A DNA stretch of 63,160 nucleotides, filler included, from Octopus bimaculoides (Eukaryota), in the NCBI RefSeq assembly GCF_001194135.2. It is 4 parts of 4 records of this genome, joined end to end, with 100 filler letters (N's around TTAATTAATTAA, not from the genome) between each part and the next. Parts side by side here need not be neighbours in the genome. Positions count along the whole stretch, not along the records: positions 30,060 to 47,144 come from NC_068996.1; positions 47,245 to 56,501 come from NC_069005.1; 2 more parts are not named here. One strand, given 5' to 3'. Of the stretch, positions 34,410 through 47,284 are shown in pieces. A program made the position numbers and the translations under genes. Position 1 is the first letter of the stretch, and the number at the start of each line of letters is the position of its first letter. Below the pieces are notes generated by a model. It was not told the DNA's origin. It did not search any database and was given only the letters and a program-made list of their open reading frames with translations.

Positions 34410-35320
34410 TGAATGTGGTAATATGGCATTGTTTTACCACCAAATGTCCTTCCTGATACTAACCCTTATCTGCTTTTCCAATGAGGGACAAGTAATTCCC
34501 TTGCAGCTTTGAAAGCATAAAAAGAGCAGGTGATTCATTGACAACAGTGCCGTTAATAAGCTGTCTGGAATTCAAGAATTTTACAGTGCTTCAGTAGCAA
34601 AATAAATTCATTAAAATTAAAGATTGATACGTGAGGGTGTATTATAGCTTGTGTTGTTGTTTAGTCTCATGTGATCCCCGATTGAAAAAAATAATGACCA
34701 AAGGGGGTTCCAACCATGACCACCCAGAACTTCATTGACCAATGTGCTCTTCTTTTTTTTTAAGGTTGCATATTTGTGATTTGACTGCTATTTCAAACAG
34801 GGCGAGCAACCATATAAAAACTCACTCTGTAAAGATTAACTAGTAATGAAAATCATGACTATGTAGTGACCTTCATCAATTGTCTTTAATTATATTTACA
34901 TTAGTGATACTCCGATTGAGCAAAAGAATTTTAATTGATTCAGAGAGGTCAATTTAAAAAGAAATATATTAGTGTTAATGTAATTTCTAAAGAATATTCT
35001 ATTTTCCTACACCAAAAAATGCACAATCTTTTACTAGGTGATTTTTTCATCACTATTTCAGCAAGTATGGTAGAGCCTATATATGATGAGGTTTGAATAA
35101 GACTGAAATATGTCTTGAGTTGTATGCTATAATTGCTGGAGAAATAAAAATAAAGTTTTACTTGTTATCATTTAGCTTCACTTTGACCATGATTAAGAAT
35201 ACCAGTAATTTAAGGTGCTTAAGCTCTGACAATCCCCTACCACACTTTTTTTATGTACACAATTTAATGTATCATTTATTTTTGATAGGACAGTATAGTG
35301 TTATTAGAAAGAAATTTAAT

Positions 35321-35550
35321 GGCGGTGAGCTGGCAGAAATGTTAGCATGCAGGGCGAAATGCTTAGCGGTATTTCGCCTGTCTTTATGTTCTGAGTTCAA
35401 ATTCTGCCAAGGTCGACTTTGCCTTTCATCCTTTCGGGGTCGATTAAATAAGTACCAGTTACGTACTGGGTCGATGTAATCGACTTAATCCGTTTGTCTG
35501 TCCTTGTTTGTTCCCTCTGTGTGTAGCCCCTTGTGGGCAGTAAAGAAATA
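35321..35550 (+). mobile_element. Young tRNA-derived SINE (same family as the 2.2-3.8 kb cluster) with TSD
   Basis: 15-bp flanking repeat AGAAAGA(A/G)ATTTAAT at 35306-35320 and 35551-35565. Confidence 0.9.
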
Positions 35551-38061
35551 AGAAAGAGATTTAATGAATCTAGGACTACATCTTTTAACGAGTCCGTCAC
35601 TGCTAATCAGGCAGTGCAAAGTGATTTAAAGGAGATTTAATTGTTATTTCTAACAGGTCGAGTGACCACATAGAATCTCTCTCATTAACTTCTAAGATGT
35701 TATTTTGATATGCCTGACACTTTTGTTGATAGCAAAAAATTATGAAGAATTCAAGTAGTGAAAATATTGATCTTTCCCAAGAGGTACTAAAATATTTTTT
35801 AAAATGACTTTTCAAAGATATGCATTAATAAATATGAATACAGAGTCATATCGATATGTATTTAGTTTTGCTGAGAAATTAGGCTAAGAGATTAGACCAA
35901 AGAGTTTTCTGGCAACATGGTAAGTGAATCAGACTAACTAGTTTTGTCTTTGTGAAAACTCAATAGAATTTGTTCACTCCACCTCTCTCTCTCTCTCTCT
36001 CTCTCTCTCTAGTTGTATTAATACCTTAGTAATTAATGTCAAGCAGTCATCTTCATACCATTATGTAACTGAATCATATTTTCATACTTGTCTACAATTT
36101 AGCTTCCCACACATATCATTTGGCAGCTTGGAAGTGGTACATTTAGCAAAACCCCTGCTGAGTATTAGGATAGGCAAAAGTAGTCAGTTCATCCTCACTG
36201 TATAATGCATTGCTTTCTAATAATCCTTTCTAGAATAGGTGCAAGTTGTGAAATTATGGGAGAGGAGGCCAGTTAATTCCTGGGCCTCTGCTCAACTGGT
36301 ACTTATTCTATGAACCTCAAATGGATGAAAGGCAAAGTCAACCATGGAAGAATTCAGCCTTGTTTTCTGATAACGAGGTCTGGAAAATTAACAGCAAAGC
36401 TACCATGTTTACATATTAATATAATGGAATCACCAATATAATGGAGCCACCTTCTTTTTTGATACCTAGAAGTCAATAATGTTTTATCTATTTTTTTATT
36501 TAATTTAAATATGATGCTCCCTAAATGGTATAGGATTGTGAGAAGAAAACTCTTATTTGGCAAATTCTCAGAGTAAATGCCTTTAGATTTAGGGGTTAAC
36601 AGTAAATATGAAAATAAGACACCTTGGATTGAACACAAGCATAGCACCTGGCATTCACTTACCCTAAGATTATGGATTAAGTTATGGGAGGCAGCATAGT
36701 GGTTGTGCAGACTTGATGCCACTCACATTATATTGAGCAGAGGAATCTTTGCAGAATCAATGGCTAGGATTACTAAGCCCCAAAGTGTATAACTGCTGTT
36801 ACCAACATATCTAGCAACAACGGACATCATTAATCAATGGAAGATTTCAATGACTCACATTAAAATAATCTGGACAAGCTGGAGCAGATGATCCTTACAA
36901 TACTCTAAAAAATTTTGCTCCTGATGCTTCATATTAGATTTCTTGCATTATACACAATTAAGTACACAACAGTATGACTCTGTGGAAGTGCATGACCTAG
37001 TGGTTAGGGTATCGGGGATCACAATCATAAGATCATGTGTTTGATTTCTAAGCCAGGCTACATTTTGTATCCTTGAGCAGCAAGTTGCTTCCTTTCATGT
37101 TGGTCCAGATTACTCAAATAAAAAAAAAAAAGAAAACGTACCAACCCAGTACTGACAGATACAGTCTTTTCTCCCATCAGTTGTCACAAACCTAATATTC
37201 TGCTGGATAAAGAGTGGAAGGTTGAAGAAGGGGGGGGGGTCAATATCTGCTTGTGATTAATTACAAAGGTATGCAAAGCAATGAAAGCATGAACCTCATG
37301 CTTCCATCCGCTATTTACTTGTGAGTGATGGCTACAGTTTTCTTCTTTATGTTCATGAATTAAATATTTATTCTTAACCCCCACCACTCCTACCATCTGG
37401 ATGTATTGTTACTTCAGTAAATTATTTAAAGATATACTTTGACTTGTTTAAGGAACCATTTACTGAATACTGTTAAGAATACATTATTAGTAAACAATAA
37501 TGGGGGAAAAAAAAAGGGTTAAAAATGGTCTGCAGAAAAATGGAAAATAGCTTTCTTTCATTATGGAAGTTCTAAATAAACAGAAATACATGTAACATAT
37601 TTCCCTAGAGGTATACATTGTTTCATATCTCTTTATACATACAATTCCCTGAGTGTTGATAGCAAGGAAAGAGAAAAAAAAAAGCAGCTAAAGCTTAAGG
37701 GAGGAAACACCCCCACAGAACAGAATAACAACCAAATAATAACAACAAACAGAAAACAAAATCTGAAGCAAACAATGGTAATATTATTGCAAAAAAAAAA
37801 AAAGGAAAAGAACAACCCTCACTCACCAAAAAAACAAGGGCATCGACAACTATAATCATCAGAAAATAGGTGCCAAGCTAAAATAAGGATTGAATTACTG
37901 GAAGTAACTTTTCTTTGGGTGTTATGCCAAAAGGTAAATAACACCATGTACCCTTATTAAGGGAACAAATGTTATGGGGTGACTTATTTATTTTCAACCC
38001 AACCAACCAACCATCCTAATCCCATCTGCAAAGATTACAAGAAGGGAAAAAAAAACAGAAA

Positions 38062-38115
<54 letters not shown>

Positions 38116-41100
38116 TAATATAAACTAAAGCTAATTCCTCTCCACCACCCAGGTAGGTAAAGAAAACAAAGAATAGAAAATGGATAACGATGGACTCTGC
38201 CACCAGCACCACCATGCTTGTTTACCTTGTAGTAAGGTTTTTGCATTTTGTTTTAACTTCTTAGCAGATGTGAAATAGTTTTATTGTGAAATTATATGAT
38301 TCCATACAATACAATGTTGGTGGAGGGGAACAACAATAAAAACAGCAATGTTTCTAATTACAATGCTATTAAAGATTCTTCTCCAGAAAACAAAAAGAAA
38401 GGAAATCAAAACAAGTCTCTAATTACAGTAGAGCTTTTTAAGGTCTGTGTCTGACTTTATATTAAATGAAAGTAAATTTGGGGGGGGGGGGAGAAAGAAC
38501 ATTCTAAATTAAAGAGAAAAAAATAATAGATAATAAAGGGAAGAAGGAAATAATAATAGAAAGACATAAAATTGAATGAGAGATGGAGAGATGTAACACG
38601 AGAAGGGGAAATAACACAAAGAGAATGAGACAATAAATGATAGGAAGACGTACAGCGAATAACAAAGAGAGGGGGAGGAGTGAGAGAGCAGTAGTGAGAT
38701 AGATGACATGTGAAGGAGAAAGTGTGAGAGAGAGAGAGATAAGTGAGAGAGGAGCATAAATGAAAGAAAAAGAGAGACAATAAGTGAAAATGAATAACAT
38801 GATAAAATGGTAAAGAATGTCCACTAAAAAAACAGTTGGATATAACAAAATTCATTCTTCTTGGCATTTTCAAAAAAAAAAAAAAACCCAAAATTTTAGC
38901 CTTTTTGATAACTCAACTTGAGATACTCTTGGGTCTTTTGCTGTTAACTCTCTAATTTTTATTTAGTTACTTACCTAATGTTCTTGGATACAAAACCTGA
39001 CTTTTCTAAAATGTCTATATTTCAAAATAAAATCTTTTATCATAATTATATACTGTAACTTTTTGCCAGCATGGAAAATAGATGTTAAATGATGATGATG
39101 ATGATGATGATAATGGGCTCAGGCTGAGACCATGCTTGTTTTTATGATAAAAAGCTGCCCATTTAAAAATGTCCGACTCTCTTCATATGCCTAAAGGTGT
39201 CAGTGACCATGAACTTCCAAGCCAAAATTTGAAAATTGGAAAAGAAATAGCAATGGTTTGTAATTACCTTCATCATCATCATCATCGTTTAACGTCCGCT
39301 TTCCATGCTAGCATGGGTTGGACGATTTGACTGAGGACTGATTTGACAGAGTTTCTACAGCTGGATGCCCTTCCTAACGCCAACTACTCCGAGAATGTAG
39401 GAAGGGCATCCAGCTGTAGAAACTCTGCCAAGGATATTTACTGTTTACTCTGAATATCTCTTGCCTCCCAAGCTTACTCATAAAACACAGGGCCTATTAA
39501 TCCCTTAGGTAGGGGTCTCTTCACATGACATCAGAGCATGTCCACACTAGCAAACCTGTGTGACATGTCTGGGGATCAGCCCTCCACCGAATCCTGCATA
39601 CCTTAACCATAAGACCATTTTCTGCCATTTGACACATACTTGGGGCTCTTGACAGGTACTACCACCCTGGGCCAGAGCACAGTTGAGAATAGTGATGACT
39701 AAGAGGTAATTCCATACACTCCAAAATTCATGAGCTCCCAAGTTGGAGCCTCACAACCAGATCCAGCTTTAATGTCTAGTTTGGGACAGAATGTTCATAT
39801 TTTATATTAAAACTTTATTTTAAATCAAAAGAACATGCTGTCAAGTTTGAGTCCTAATTTATGTTTTTTTAACACAGATACAATGCCTGAAATTGCTAGG
39901 GTGGAGTTTAGTTAGTTATATTGATCCTAGAAGTTGATCGATGTTACTTCATGTTAATTGACTCTGGAAGGATGACTAGCAAAGTCAACATCAATGGAAA
40001 TATACAGAATTAAAAAATAAAGTTATTGAAGCTCCACCAAATTTCTTTGCCGTTTTCAAAATTAATTTGCAAAACAAAGCATGAGTATATCATTGTTATA
40101 AAAAAAAGTCATGAAGGGTTTTAAAAGAGACAAAAATTTATGTGGCTGAGAATAATAAACAAAAGTAGAGAGCATCAGGTCTCATGGAGGCAATGACAAG
40201 TGAACGAGACCTTTGGTGATATATTGGGCTTGAGAAGACCCATCAAGCCAAGTGAAATCATTGGGCAATATACTGTGTTTGAGAAGACCCGTCAAATCAG
40301 GTGAAATCGTAATCATGGCCAATGCCAGTGTCGCATACCTGGCATCTGTGCAGGTGGCATGTAAAAAGCACTTTCAGACTTTGGATCTCAGTGATAAGTG
40401 ACTGAGACCTTTGGCAATATGCCATGCTTGAGAAGACCTGTCAAGCCAAGTGAGAACATAGTCATGGCCGATGCCAGTGTTTTGTAACTGGCACCTGTGC
40501 CAATGGCATGTAAAAAGCACCCACTACACGCTTGGAGTGGTTGGCATTAAGAAGGACATCCAGCTGTGGAAACGATGCCAAATCACATTGAAACTTGGTG
40601 CAGCTCCCCAGCTTACCAGTTTTCAGTCAAACCGTCAAACCCATGCCAGCATGGAAAATGGACGTTAAATGATTATGAGTAGAGAATATGGTATAAAATA
40701 ATTCTTTTATTCTGCTACTTGTTTCAGTCATTTGACTGCGGTCATGCTGGAGCACCGCCTTTAGTTGAACAAATCAACCCCAGGACTTATTCTTTGTAAG
40801 CCTAGTACTTATTCTATCAGTTTCTTTCGCTGAACCGCTAAGTTACGGAGATGTAAATACACCAACATTGGTTGTCAAGCGATGGTGGGGGTACAAACAC
40901 AGATATATACATATATATTTGTATATACATATACGATGGGCTTCTTTCAGTTTCCGTCTACCAAATTCATTCACAAGGCTTTAGTCGGCCAGAGGCTATA
41001 GTAGAAGACACTTACCCAAGGTGCCATGCGGTGGGACTGAACCTGGAACCATGTGGTTGGTAAGCAAGCTCCTCACCACACAGCCACTCCTGCACTTCAT

Positions 41101-42199
41101 ATATTTTATATTCTTTAGTATATTTCAGTCATTGGACTGTAGCTATGTTGGGATGTTGTCTTAAATGTTTTAATCATGCCATACTGAATTAAGTGCTTTA
41201 ATCAGTCATATGAATCCCATATTGATTTTATTGATCTGCATATGCTGGATCACTAAGTTATGGGACACAAGCAACAATACTGGTTTTAAAGCATGAACAC
41301 AAACACACACACATACACCATGGATATCTGCATAGTTTCTACCTACAAAATTTTAATCACAAGACGCCAATCAATATGAAGGACTAGTAGAAGCAACAGC
41401 AGCTCGTAAAAATGCAAAGATTAACAAAAACTAACCCTTTACCCTAAGATAATTTAACAAATACATTATATCAGTCAAAATAATAGCCTTGACTATCTGG
41501 ATGTAAAACAAGGACTAACTTGATATTACATACTGGAAAATAAAAAGATCAAACAAAACTCATGAAAATGAAGTATCTTCAAAGAATATTGTAATCAAGG
41601 AATACTGAATAATTTTGTGTTACTGTAACAAAATCTAGATTTACATAATTTATTCCACAATCAAATAAATCCTGTCAATTTTGACACTGGTATGTGAAAT
41701 AATATGTATGTACTCTCTCACAGCTTAGTTAAAGGAAGAAAAGTTGGTCAATGCCTATAAGCTTTAAAGAGTCTCTAAGACTAGTGGAGTGTGGAGACAG
41801 AAACCACAACACACATTAGACGTCTTCAGTATCATTGGATGTGACGTCTCTGGTTTGCAATTGACACACACACACACACACAAACAAACAACTTTACTGC
41901 AAGATCTGGCTAAACCTAAAAAATCTCTCAACTATGTCTAGGGGTTGATTTTTTTTTTCCTCCTTAGGAATTCCCTCACTAAGTATGCACCAATTAACCT
42001 TTCTAAAATAGCATAGCACTTTGTAACATGATGCCTGATATAAGGTACATTATATTTTAGAATGCATGAATAGAGACAGCATAAGCATAAAAGGGTTTCT
42101 TTAGCACAATAAAACACACCTAGTCCTTACTGTAAAAAAAAAAAAGACATGCATTAAGTAACATGACATACACAGTAACAAAGTTAGTTTTCCTTTGTT

Positions 42200-42235
<36 letters not shown>

Positions 42236-42429
42236 GAGGGTGGGCAGTTGCTTATGTTTATGCTAGTTGAGGAAGGACCACAAGAATGGCAAATGTGAAA
42301 ACTCTCCAATATGTGCCATCATGGAAAAATGGATGTAAAATAATGAGAACGAGGAGGAAACTGGTACATTGCAATTGTGTCTGCGTTTGGTTCTACACCT
42401 ATTTCATGGTTGGCCAATTAATCACACAC

Positions 42430-43055
42430 ACCCGGCAAGCTAAGTGAGACCTAAATCTAAGGCCTCAGCCAGTCCACTTATGCGTACCTTCCTACATTGG
42501 ACACTAAACTCCACTTGCGAAGACCTGTTGAGGCAAGTGAAATCGAAATAGAGTTAAATTCGACGACTGGCATCCATGCCAGCGTCGTCTCCTTCATTGG
42601 GACACGAAACTCAGCTTGCGAAGATTTATTGGGGCAAGCGAAATCGAAATCGTGATGGCACCTGTGCCCAGCATCGCTTTTTTGGCACTTGTGCCTGCGG
42701 CATGTGTAAGGACTTTCGAGCGAGATCGTTGCCAGTGCCCCTAGACTGGCTCTTGTGCGGGTGACACATAAAATACACCATTTTGAGCGTGGCCGTTGCC
42801 AGTACCGCCTGACTGGCATTCATGCCGATGGCATGTAAAAGCACCCAGTACACTCTCTGAGTGGTTGGCGTTAGGAAGGGCATCCAGCCGTAGAAACTCT
42901 GCCAAATCAGATTGGAGCCTGGTGTAACCATCTGGTTNNNNNNNNNNCTGCCAAATCAGATTGGAGCCTGGTGTAACCATCTGGTTTCACCAGTCCTCAG
43001 TCAAATCGTCCAACCCATGCTAGCATGGAAAGTGGATGTTAAACGACGATGATGA
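42430..43055 (+). mobile_element. RTE LINE ORF end (TRQAK*) and complete 3' UTR with (GAT) tail
   Basis: ACCCGGCAAGCTAAGTGA followed by repeated stem-loop modules and the shared RTE tail. Confidence 0.75.
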
Positions 43056-43738
43056 TACATATATACACAAATACAGACAGACATATAGACAAATAGATAT
43101 ACATACACCACTGCCACCATCACTATTGTCTGGAAATAAGATCCCAGCTGGAATGATTTTCATCAAATGTCAGCCAAGACAAACATGGGGCTTAACAACA
43201 ACAACAGTACCCACCACTATAACACCATCACTATTCTTCTTTCAGTCTCCACACATCTACCTACTTATCTATCTATGTCACACTTCTTCTCATCCTCATC
43301 ACATCACACATATATATACACAAACATGTATACATATAGTTTTCTAAACATAGTTGGCAGAAGTTCAAAGTAACTCAAGGGCTGAGTGTTAGTCCCTTTG
43401 TAACTTCTGTTGATGAAATTTTATATATCTAAGCAACAATCTTTCCCAACTAACGCTTTTATGAATGTCCTGAAGAAAGGGTCTTCAAGCTGAAATATAG
43501 AATTACAAGATACAACTGCAACTTAGTTTCGTTTTCTTTTCCTTTTGTAATTCACTTTGTACCTTCTCACATTGTTCAGGCTTTACAAAACTACATTCTT
43601 TAATTTATATATATACATACATACATACATACATATATNNNNNNNNNNNNNNNNNNNNNNNNNNNNNNNNNNNNNNNNNNNNNNNNNNNNNNNNNNNNNN
43701 NNNNNNNNNNNNNNNNNNNNNNNNNNNNNNNNNNNNNN

Positions 43739-43771
<33 letters not shown>

Positions 43772-44321
43772 GGGGAGAGAGAGAGAGGCATACACATCAC
43801 ATACATAACAAACACATGCATATACATGTATGACAAGTATATTAAATTCAAAAACACACACACACATGTGCATAAACCCAGAAATATGTTCAACCAGATA
43901 AATTTCAGTAAGGCAAAGTAGATCTTCACCCAGATTCTCCAAATGGTGTCTAATCTTCATCACTGCCACCACCTCCACTACAACCATTTTCATCATCATC
44001 AACATTAATAATGAGTACCGACCACACCACGACTTCCTATCACCAGTTCCACGACCAAAGGCACAACCCCTCAGACTCCACCAACACCAGCTCACCGCCA
44101 CCACTAGAATCATCATCACATGCATGACTGCTCATCACTACCCACCACCCATGCCATGATCACTATTGTCTGGAAATAAGAAGGGATGGTCCCAGCTGGA
44201 ATGATTTTCATCAAATGTCAGCCAAGACAAACCTGGAGTTTAACAACACCACCCACCACTATAATGTCATCACTATTCTTCTTCCAACCTCTACACACCT
44301 GACACACATATCTATCTATCT

Positions 44322-44362
<41 letters not shown>

Positions 44363-44419
44363 NNNNNNNNNNTACACCACCCACAAATCTGGTCGGTGGC
44401 TTTCAACAGGTTGTCCCGC

Positions 44420-44522
44420 ATTATTATTATTATTATTATTATTCAGGTCACTGCCTGGAATCAAACTCGGAATCTTGGAGTTAGTAGCCCGTGCTCTTAA
44501 CCACTATGCTATATGCCTGTGG
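44420..44522 (-). mobile_element. tRNA-derived SINE head with (AAT)n tail
   Basis: Minus strand TAGCATAGTGG A-box and GAGTTTGATTCC B-box. Confidence 0.7.
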
Positions 44523-44818
44523 GCAGCTGATGAAGGCTGGAGGGTATATCAGCCAAAACATTGTGTTAACAACAAACAAGATGAGGACAAATGTCCGTCA
44601 AATGTAAATAATGTACATATAATTCCTCATCTCTTAAATATAGAACTGTATGTTCTTATTTTGTTATTTTAACTCATGCCTGGAAATCTTTCATCACACA
44701 TCTATGACCTCTTCAATGACACTTTTTGTTTTCGTGTGTGTTCTTGCTCCACTTACTCCATTTTTTTCTTGTAAGATGTGTATCCTTATGTGTGCATGTG
44801 TGTGTATCCTTGTTTGTT

Positions 44819-44854
<36 letters not shown>

Positions 44855-45396
44855 NNNNNNNNNNGTGTGTGTGTATGTGAGTGAATCATATATATCTATA
44901 TATACATACATTATCAAATAGATACAATCAGTAAATCGCATGTTAGGAAGGAAGTTATGGAATATATTTTATTTTACTTTATTTTATCTATGACTACTTC
45001 AGCGGGACTGGGTGTGTAGTTCCCTCTTATCCTCACCAAAACGTCCCCTCTCCTACACACACACAACCACATCCATGTACCATCTTATTATCTGTGATAA
45101 TATATTTGCTCATTTAGGATCTCAGACATTTTATGATGTAAGAGAACAGTTGATATCTCATTCCCCACCCCCACCACCCACACCTTTTATCACTGTTACA
45201 ATGGAAAGAAGAAGAAAAACAGAAAAAAAGCAAGTAAGATTCCGTCAGATATCTTTTGTGATCAAAGACAAGATAAAATGGATAATGCCAGAGTCAGAGA
45301 ATCAACAGAGTCATAAGAGTGCCAGATAAAAAAATTCCTTCTGGTGTTCTGGTTCTGCTTTTCTGCACGCTGTGTTCAAATCCCACAGTGGGATGC

Positions 45397-45430
<34 letters not shown>

Positions 45431-45487
45431 GTTTAACGTCCGCTTTCCATGCTAGCATGGGTTGGACGATTTGACTGAGGACTGGTG

Positions 45488-47144
45488 AATGGACAGAGAT
45501 TTAGAGACAAGTTAATTGAAGCATTTGACGAAATAGAAGGGGATATAGCATCATACAACGTGGAAGACAATTGGAGATTTCTGTGGGACAACCTGTTGAG
45601 AGCCACAGACCAGATCTGTGGCTGGTGTAAAGTCCCCTCTCGACTCAGAGTAACGTGGTGGTGGAACAAGGAGGTAGACAGGGCTATTAGACAAAAGAAA
45701 CAGGCTTGGAAGGACTGGAAGAACGGTGGTAGCAGGGAATTGTACCAATGTGCCAGAAGGGAAGCTAGGCGACAGGTTTATTTAGCCAGAGGGGAAGCAG
45801 ATAAGAAANNNNNNNNNNNNNNNNNNNNNNNNNNNNNNNNNNNNNNNNNNNNNNNNNNNNNNNNNNNNNNNNNNNNNNNNNNNNNNNNNNNNNNNNNNNN
45901 NNNNNNNNNNNNNNNNNNNNNNNNNNNNNNNNNNNNNNNNNNNNNNNNNNNNNNNNNNNNNNNNNNNNNNNNNNNNNNNNNNNNNNNNNNNNNNNNNNNN
46001 NNNNNNNNNNNNNNNNNNNNNNNNNNNNNNNNNNNNNNNNNNNNNNNNNNNNNNNNNNNNNNNNNNNNNNNNNNNNNNNNNNNNNNNNNNNNNNNNNNNN
46101 NNNNNNNNNNNNNNNNNNNNNNNNNNNNNNNNNNNNNNNNNNNNNNNNNNNNNNNNNNNNNNNNNNNNNNNNNNNNNNNNNNNNNNNNNNNNNNNNNNNN
46201 NNNNNNNNNNNNNNNNNNNNNNNNNNNNNNNNNNNNNNNNNNNNNNNNNNNNNNNNNNNNNNNNNNNNNNNNNNNNNNNNNNNNNNNNNNNNNNNNNNNN
46301 NNNNNNNNNNNNNNNNNNNNNNNNNNNNNNNNNNNNNNNNNNNNNNNNNNNNNNNNNNNNNNNNNNNNNNNNNNNNNNNNNNNNNNNNNNNNNNNNNNNN
46401 NNNNNNNNNNNNNNNNNNNNNNNNNNNNNNNNNNNNNNNNNNNNNNNNNNNNNNNNNNNNNNNNNNNNNNNNNNNNNNNNNNNNNNNNNNNNNNNNNNNN
46501 NNNNNNNNNNNNNNNNNNNNNNNNNNNNNNNNNNNNNNNNNNNNNNNNNNNNNNNNNNNNAGAATCGAAGGGCCTTAGAGTCAACCTAGCAAAAACCAAA
46601 ATCCTAATAAGTAGGAAGGTAGATAAAACACAAACCCCTTCAGGTAGATGGCCCTGCTCAGTATGCAGTAAAGGAGTAGGTAGTAACTCTATAAGATGTA
46701 CCCGGTGCAAGCTATGGACACATAAGAGGTGCAGCAATACCAAAGGCAGATTAACTACAAAGTTAGTTTTTGTATGTGGCAGATGTTCAGGTGCAATAAA
46801 GACTGTAAACAAACAGGAAACAACTTCTATCTCATTCCAGGGTGAAAACTAGAGGTAGTTGATAGCTTCCGCTATCTGGGGGACTAAGTTAGTAGTGGGG
46901 GTGGGTGCGCTGAAAGTGTAACTGCTAGAATAAGAATAGCCTGGGCAAAGTTTAGAGAGCTCTTACCCCTGCTGGCGACAAAGGGACTCTCACTCAGGGT
47001 AAAAGGCAGACTGTATGACGCATGTGTACGAACAGCCATGCTACATGGCAGTGAAACATGGGCTGTGACTGCTGAGGACATGCGTAAGCTCGCAAGGAAT
47101 GAAGCCAGTATGCTCCGTTGGATGTGTAATGTAAATGTGCATAC
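45488..47144 (+). mobile_element. RTE-clade LINE ORF2 (endonuclease-RT linker to post-RT), partly in a gap, with frameshift and stop
   Basis: TWWWNKEVDRAIRQKK; GLRVNLAKTK; FRYLGD; KGRLYDACVRTAMLHGSETWAV; one-base deletion near 46848 and TAA at about 46884. Confidence 0.9.
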
Positions 47145-47244
47145 NNNNNNNNNNNNNNNNNNNNNNNNNNNNNNNNNNNNNNNNNNNNTTAATTAATTAA
47201 NNNNNNNNNNNNNNNNNNNNNNNNNNNNNNNNNNNNNNNNNNNN

Positions 47245-47284
<40 letters not shown>

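Noticed and set aside
42898-42987. Exact duplication of about 40 bp on both sides of a 10-N gap
   Set aside because: Unmerged contig overlap artefact.
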